NCBI GenBank assembly: GCA_964566495.1 | Contig: CAZMIT010000002.1 | Location: 1 to 48,000, forward strand | Source of the DNA: an uncultured bacterium | Lineage (GTDB): Bacteria; T1Sed10-126 | DNA: 48,000 nucleotides | Direction of reading: 5' to 3' | Shown here: positions 44,340-48,000 of the stretch, piece by piece | Position numbering within the stretch: position 1 is the stretch's first letter | Layout: the number at the start of each line of letters is the position of its first letter | The notes under the pieces: generated by a model | What the model was told of the DNA's origin: nothing | Databases searched by the model: none | What the model saw: only the letters and a program-made list of their open reading frames with translations | Program-made: the position numbers and the translations under genes

Positions 44340-45638
44340 CTAATCCTCGGGCCAGTATTTATCCAGCAAGTCGGTCTTAATTCCCGTCTCTTCCGGCTCA
44401 AAACATTGGCCAAGAATGTCCCAGCCCCGGTCAAGACCTTCTTCCAGTGGAATATTTACCTCCAGGTCCATCATTTGGTCCACGAACAGGTCGCCGTAGT
44501 GCAGCAACTTCTTATCCCACTCACTCATCCGGAATCCCATCGACTTTTTCTCCTCGGTTTCCCGAAAGTCAGCGTAAAGTTGAATCATGTTGTCCATGAT
44601 AGCTCGGTGGTCGTCGCGTGAATCCTCATTAACCAACTGCTTCAGGCGGCTCAAGGAGCCAAAGGGATCGATATAGCCGTCGTGCAGATAAAACTGTCCC
44701 TCGGTTATGTAGCCCGTGTTGTCGGGGATTGGGTGGGTGACGTCGTCACCGGGCATAGTCGTGGCGGCCAGAACTGTTACTGAACCGGCCTCCGCAAAGT
44801 CAACGGCCTTTTCGTAGCGTGAGGCCAGCTGACTGTAAAGGTCACCCGGATAGCCCCTGTTTGAGGGAACCTTTTCCATGGTGATAGCAATTTCTTTTAG
44901 AGCATCAGCAAAGTTGGTCATGTCCGACAGTAGAACCAGGACGTCAAGATCCTCGTGCAGGGCGAAGTTTTCAGCTACTGCAAGTGAGAGGTCGGGAACC
45001 ATGAGACTCTCAACAATTGGGTCTGCGGCAGTATGGACGAAAAAGATCGTGCGGCTGAGGGCGCCACCGGCCTCCAGCCGGTTGCGGAAAAACATGTACT
45101 CGTCATATTTTAGTCCGATTGTTCCCAGGATAATTAAGTCTGCTTCCGCCTGCAGTGCAATGCGGGCGAGCAGTTCGTTATAGGGTTCCCCGGAGACGGA
45201 AAAAATAGGCAATTTTTGTGACTTGACCAGCGAGTTGAAGATGTCAATCATGGGGATATTGGTGCGAATCATTTCGCTGGGGATAATTCTCTTGGCCGGG
45301 TTGACTGAGGGACCGGCGACTTCGATCATGTTTTCAGTCAGACGCGGACCGTCGTCCCGCGGTTCACCACTGCCGTTGAAAATCCGCCCGATCATATTTT
45401 CGGAGAAGTTAACCTGCATTGGCCGGCCCAGAAATCTCACCTCAGCGTCGGTGGAGATCCCCTTACTGCCGGCAAAGACCTGCAGTGAGACCAGGTCGCC
45501 GTCAATTTTGATTACCTGGGCCAGGGAAGTGCCCCGGCTGGCCTCTATCTCGGCCAGCTCTTCGTAGGCGACTCCCTCCGCTCTTACGGTTACTACGTTA
45601 CCGGAGACGTTTAAGACTTTGTTGTATACCTTACGCAT
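44340..45638 (-). CDS. atpB: V-type ATPase subunit B
   Basis: 432 aa. Typical non-catalytic B subunit blocks ([26 protein letters not shown]). 8-nt overlap with atpA. Confidence 0.93.
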   Translation of the reverse strand: MRKVYNKVLNVSGNVVTVRAEGVAYEELAEIEASRGTSLAQVIKIDGDLVSLQVFAGSKGISTDAEVRFLGRPMQVNFSENMIGRIFNGSGEPRDDGPRLTENMIEVAGPSVNPAKRIIPSEMIRTNIPMIDIFNSLVKSQKLPIFSVSGEPYNELLARIALQAEADLIILGTIGLKYDEYMFFRNRLEAGGALSRTIFFVHTAADPIVESLMVPDLSLAVAENFALHEDLDVLVLLSDMTNFADALKEIAITMEKVPSNRGYPGDLYSQLASRYEKAVDFAEAGSVTVLAATTMPGDDVTHPIPDNTGYITEGQFYLHDGYIDPFGSLSRLKQLVNEDSRDDHRAIMDNMIQLYADFRETEEKKSMGFRMSEWDKKLLHYGDLFVDQMMDLEVNIPLEEGLDRGWDILGQCFEPEETGIKTDLLDKYWPED

Positions 45639-47400
45639 CGGCGAGATGTTCCTCTATATATGACATGATCTCATCTTCCTGTTCTTGAAATTCTTCGGTT
45701 TTGACGATCTCGTCGCTATCACGTTCCTCTTCGGGTTCCATTCTTGTATAGTTTAAGTCGGTAAACATCTGTCTCAAACGGTTGAAAAAGTCGCGTGCGG
45801 CCGCTTTGTTTTCGAGATCAAAGTCTGCTTCCAGGATATCAACTACAAGTCCGTAAATGTATTTCTGCCGCTGCAGAGAGGTCCGTCCCTCGATGTTGTC
45901 AAAGGAATCCTGCTGCAGATAAACATTGTCTAAAAATTCCGACTTCAGGTAGATAATATAGTCTTCAAGGGTTGTCCCTTCTTCCCCGACTACCTTCATC
46001 ATCTGGTTAACTTCGTCTCCTTTTTCAAGGATGTCTCGACCAATCTGTATTTTTTCATCAGCAATCATACCGTCGTATTTAGTCCAGCTGTCGAGTGGAT
46101 GAATAGCCGGATAGCGGCGCTGATTGGCGCGGTCCCGGGAAAGACCGTGGAATGCTCCGACGACCTTCAGTGTCGATTGAGTGACCGGCTCCTCAAAGTT
46201 ACCACCGGCCGGACTGACCGTGCCGCCAATCGTCAGGCTGCCGGTCTCACCGTCACCCAGTTCAACGTAGCCGGCCCGTTCGTAAAATTGAGCAATTCGT
46301 GACTCCAGGTAAGCAGGAAAGGCCTCTTCGCCGGGGATCTCTTCCAGGCGACCGGAAAGCTCACGCATTGCCTGTGCCCAGCGCGATGTTGAATCGGCCA
46401 GCAGAAGAACGTCCAGGCCTATCTGACGGTAGTATTCACCCAGTGTTACTGCCGTGTAAACAGAAGACTCCCGGGCGGCGACGGGCATTGAACTGGTGTT
46501 ACAGATAATTATTGTCCGCTCCATCAAGGACTTGCCGGTGCGCGGGTCTTCAAGCTCGGGAAACTCCTGGATTGTCTCAACAACTTCGCCGGCTCGCTCT
46601 CCACAGGCGGCAATTACTACGACATCAACTTCGGCGAAACGGCTGGTGACCTGCTGCAGGACTGTCTTCCCGGAACCAAACGGCCCCGGAATACAGTAAG
46701 TGCCTCCCTTGGAAACAGGGAAGAAGGAGTCAATTATTCGCGTCTGTGTAATCATCGGTTCCTGCGGAACCTGCTGCTGCTCGTAGAGGTCGATTGCCTC
46801 TTTCACCGGCCAGCGAAAATACATGTTCAGCTCGTGGGTTTGACCGTGTTCATCGGAGACCTCTGCTATCGTCTCATCAATAGAATATTCGCCGGCTTCG
46901 GCTATCGACTCGACTGTATATTCGCCGCTCATTCGGAAGGGCACAAATATAGGATGTTCGAAAATCCCCTCGGGCACGTACCCTAACTTGTCAGCGGCCT
47001 CAACAGTTTCACCAACTTCTGCTGTCGGGGTAAACTCCCACTTTTTGCTGCGGTCGAGCGAGTCGACGATTGCACCTCGTTCCATAAAAAAACCATAATT
47101 TTCAGCTAATTCGTGCAGCGGGTTTTGCAGTCCGTCGTAAACCATGCTGAGCAGTCCGGGACCAAGTTCAACCGAAAGCATACGATTTGTAAACTCTACC
47201 TCGTCACCTACTCGCACCCCCTTGGTATCCTCGAAGACCTGCATAAAGACCGTGTTTCGGTCTATACGCACGATTTCTGACTTGAGGTGCTCTTCGCCGG
47301 CCTGCACGTAGCCAATTTCATTCTGGATTACTTCGCCGTCCACATCAACAGTAATCATGTTACCGCTGATGCTTGTGATTTTACCTGTAGTTTTACTCAT
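45631..47400 (-). CDS. atpA: V-type ATPase catalytic subunit A
   Basis: 589 aa. Walker [10 protein letters not shown], non-homologous region typical of A subunits, [16 protein letters not shown]. Acidic C-terminal tail. Confidence 0.95.
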   Translation of the reverse strand: MSKTTGKITSISGNMITVDVDGEVIQNEIGYVQAGEEHLKSEIVRIDRNTVFMQVFEDTKGVRVGDEVEFTNRMLSVELGPGLLSMVYDGLQNPLHELAENYGFFMERGAIVDSLDRSKKWEFTPTAEVGETVEAADKLGYVPEGIFEHPIFVPFRMSGEYTVESIAEAGEYSIDETIAEVSDEHGQTHELNMYFRWPVKEAIDLYEQQQVPQEPMITQTRIIDSFFPVSKGGTYCIPGPFGSGKTVLQQVTSRFAEVDVVVIAACGERAGEVVETIQEFPELEDPRTGKSLMERTIIICNTSSMPVAARESSVYTAVTLGEYYRQIGLDVLLLADSTSRWAQAMRELSGRLEEIPGEEAFPAYLESRIAQFYERAGYVELGDGETGSLTIGGTVSPAGGNFEEPVTQSTLKVVGAFHGLSRDRANQRRYPAIHPLDSWTKYDGMIADEKIQIGRDILEKGDEVNQMMKVVGEEGTTLEDYIIYLKSEFLDNVYLQQDSFDNIEGRTSLQRQKYIYGLVVDILEADFDLENKAAARDFFNRLRQMFTDLNYTRMEPEEERDSDEIVKTEEFQEQEDEIMSYIEEHLADA

Positions 47401-47407
47401 AATTTAT

Positions 47408-47905
47408 TCACAGACTCACTTCGGTGTAGTGTTTGAATTTCTCTTCGCCAACATCACGGTCAAATGTGTCCATTCGTTTGAGTATCTGTAGTTTGAGAAC
47501 GTAGAGGGCGACCACGGGGAACTGGAAGTGCAACCCGGTTTCCAGCTCCTCTATCTTTTTCCAGCGCAGCCGGAAGAGATTTTCTTCGACGTCAAGCGGC
47601 GTGCCCTCTTTTAACAGGCCGATTCGAAACAGGTTTGGCTTGTGCTCGGTTCCTTCATCACGGGCCTCGCGCCAGGCAACAAGTTCCTGCCGCAACTTCT
47701 TTTCAAAACGTTTGTATTGTTCTATAACAGCGGTCTCGTTTCCGTAAATTTTTGTATCTTGAAAATCAATTGACTGCAGTAGCGTAAGTTCTGATTCCGA
47801 CACCCATTTTTTTGCCTCGTCCAGCAACTCTTCCCCGGACAGTGGTGGTTTTTCACCAAACTCTAAATAAGGTAGCTGAGAGACGAGGTAATAATAACTG
47901 CTCAT
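47408..47905 (-). CDS. DUF2764-like V-ATPase accessory protein (occupies the second position of Bacteroidetes-type operons)
   Basis: 165-aa ORF directly upstream of atpA. Assignment rests on operon position (E, DUF2764, A, B, D, I, K order as I recall it) and the MSSYYYLVSQLPYL N-terminus. No search run. Confidence 0.55.
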   Translation of the reverse strand: MSSYYYLVSQLPYLEFGEKPPLSGEELLDEAKKWVSESELTLLQSIDFQDTKIYGNETAVIEQYKRFEKKLRQELVAWREARDEGTEHKPNLFRIGLLKEGTPLDVEENLFRLRWKKIEELETGLHFQFPVVALYVLKLQILKRMDTFDRDVGEEKFKHYTEVSL

Positions 47906-48000
47906 TTAGTCGTTGCTTTCCAGGACTTCCTGGATGGCCGGATTTAAGAATTCGTTCAGGTAGTTGGCCAGCCCCTCGTCGGTGAAGTCGTAGTAAACAT
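47906..48000 (-). CDS. 3' end of a gene running off the right edge; candidate V-ATPase subunit E
   Basis: Own translation: ...VYYDFTDEGLANYLNEFLNPAIQEVLESND*, with stop TAA at 47906-47908 abutting the next start. The function is inferred only from operon position. Confidence 0.35.
   Translation of the reverse strand, partial: VYYDFTDEGLANYLNEFLNPAIQEVLESND

Overview
A 48-kb bacterial chromosomal segment, roughly 50% GC by eye and densely coding. I call 39 CDS and saw no rRNA, tRNA or CRISPR array. Layout: (1) 1-2433: an MdcA-like gene fragment, a CN-hydrolase and a GT2 glycosyltransferase. (2) 2766-18726: a co-directional housekeeping string with many stop/start overlaps. It holds a DHH-CBS-CCA nucleotidyltransferase fusion, scpA, scpB, pheA, hisC, tyrA, cmk, plsC, rpsA, two envelope hypotheticals, pcm, a DUF368 protein and a Xer recombinase. 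(3) 18806-22633: a glucosylglycerate-type compatible-solute cluster (GpgS, histidine phosphatase, GT4, NDP-sugar pyrophosphorylase). (4) ahcY. (5) 24536-29565: cytoplasmic GAF/PAS histidine kinase, sigma-54 response regulator and hydantoinase-like amidohydrolase in one operon. (6) 30263-41033: a type IV pilus motor block (two tandem PilB paralogs, PilT, PilC), then a PhnD-like binding lipoprotein, a PilS-like kinase and a PilR-like sigma-54 activator, with no pilin gene. (7) 41183-48000, minus strand: a Bacteroidetes-style V-type ATPase operon (E?, DUF2764, A, B, D, I, K) whose K subunit carries a Na+-binding signature. The least ordinary content is non-coding. Almost every larger intergenic gap holds a mosaic of short hairpin modules, including inside two operons. 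One 126-bp element has perfect 15-bp terminal inverted repeats and a 7-bp direct duplication. A perfect consensus sigma-70 promoter is followed about 50 nt later by a canonical intrinsic terminator, which suggests a C-rich small RNA. An 8-nt tandem repeat with G-quadruplex potential sits between the binding-protein and kinase genes. Encoded proteins are visibly acidic, which together with the compatible-solute and Na+-ATPase genes suggests a halophilic or osmotically stressed host. I cannot assign a lineage from the sequence alone. All family assignments come from motif recognition by eye; no searches were run.
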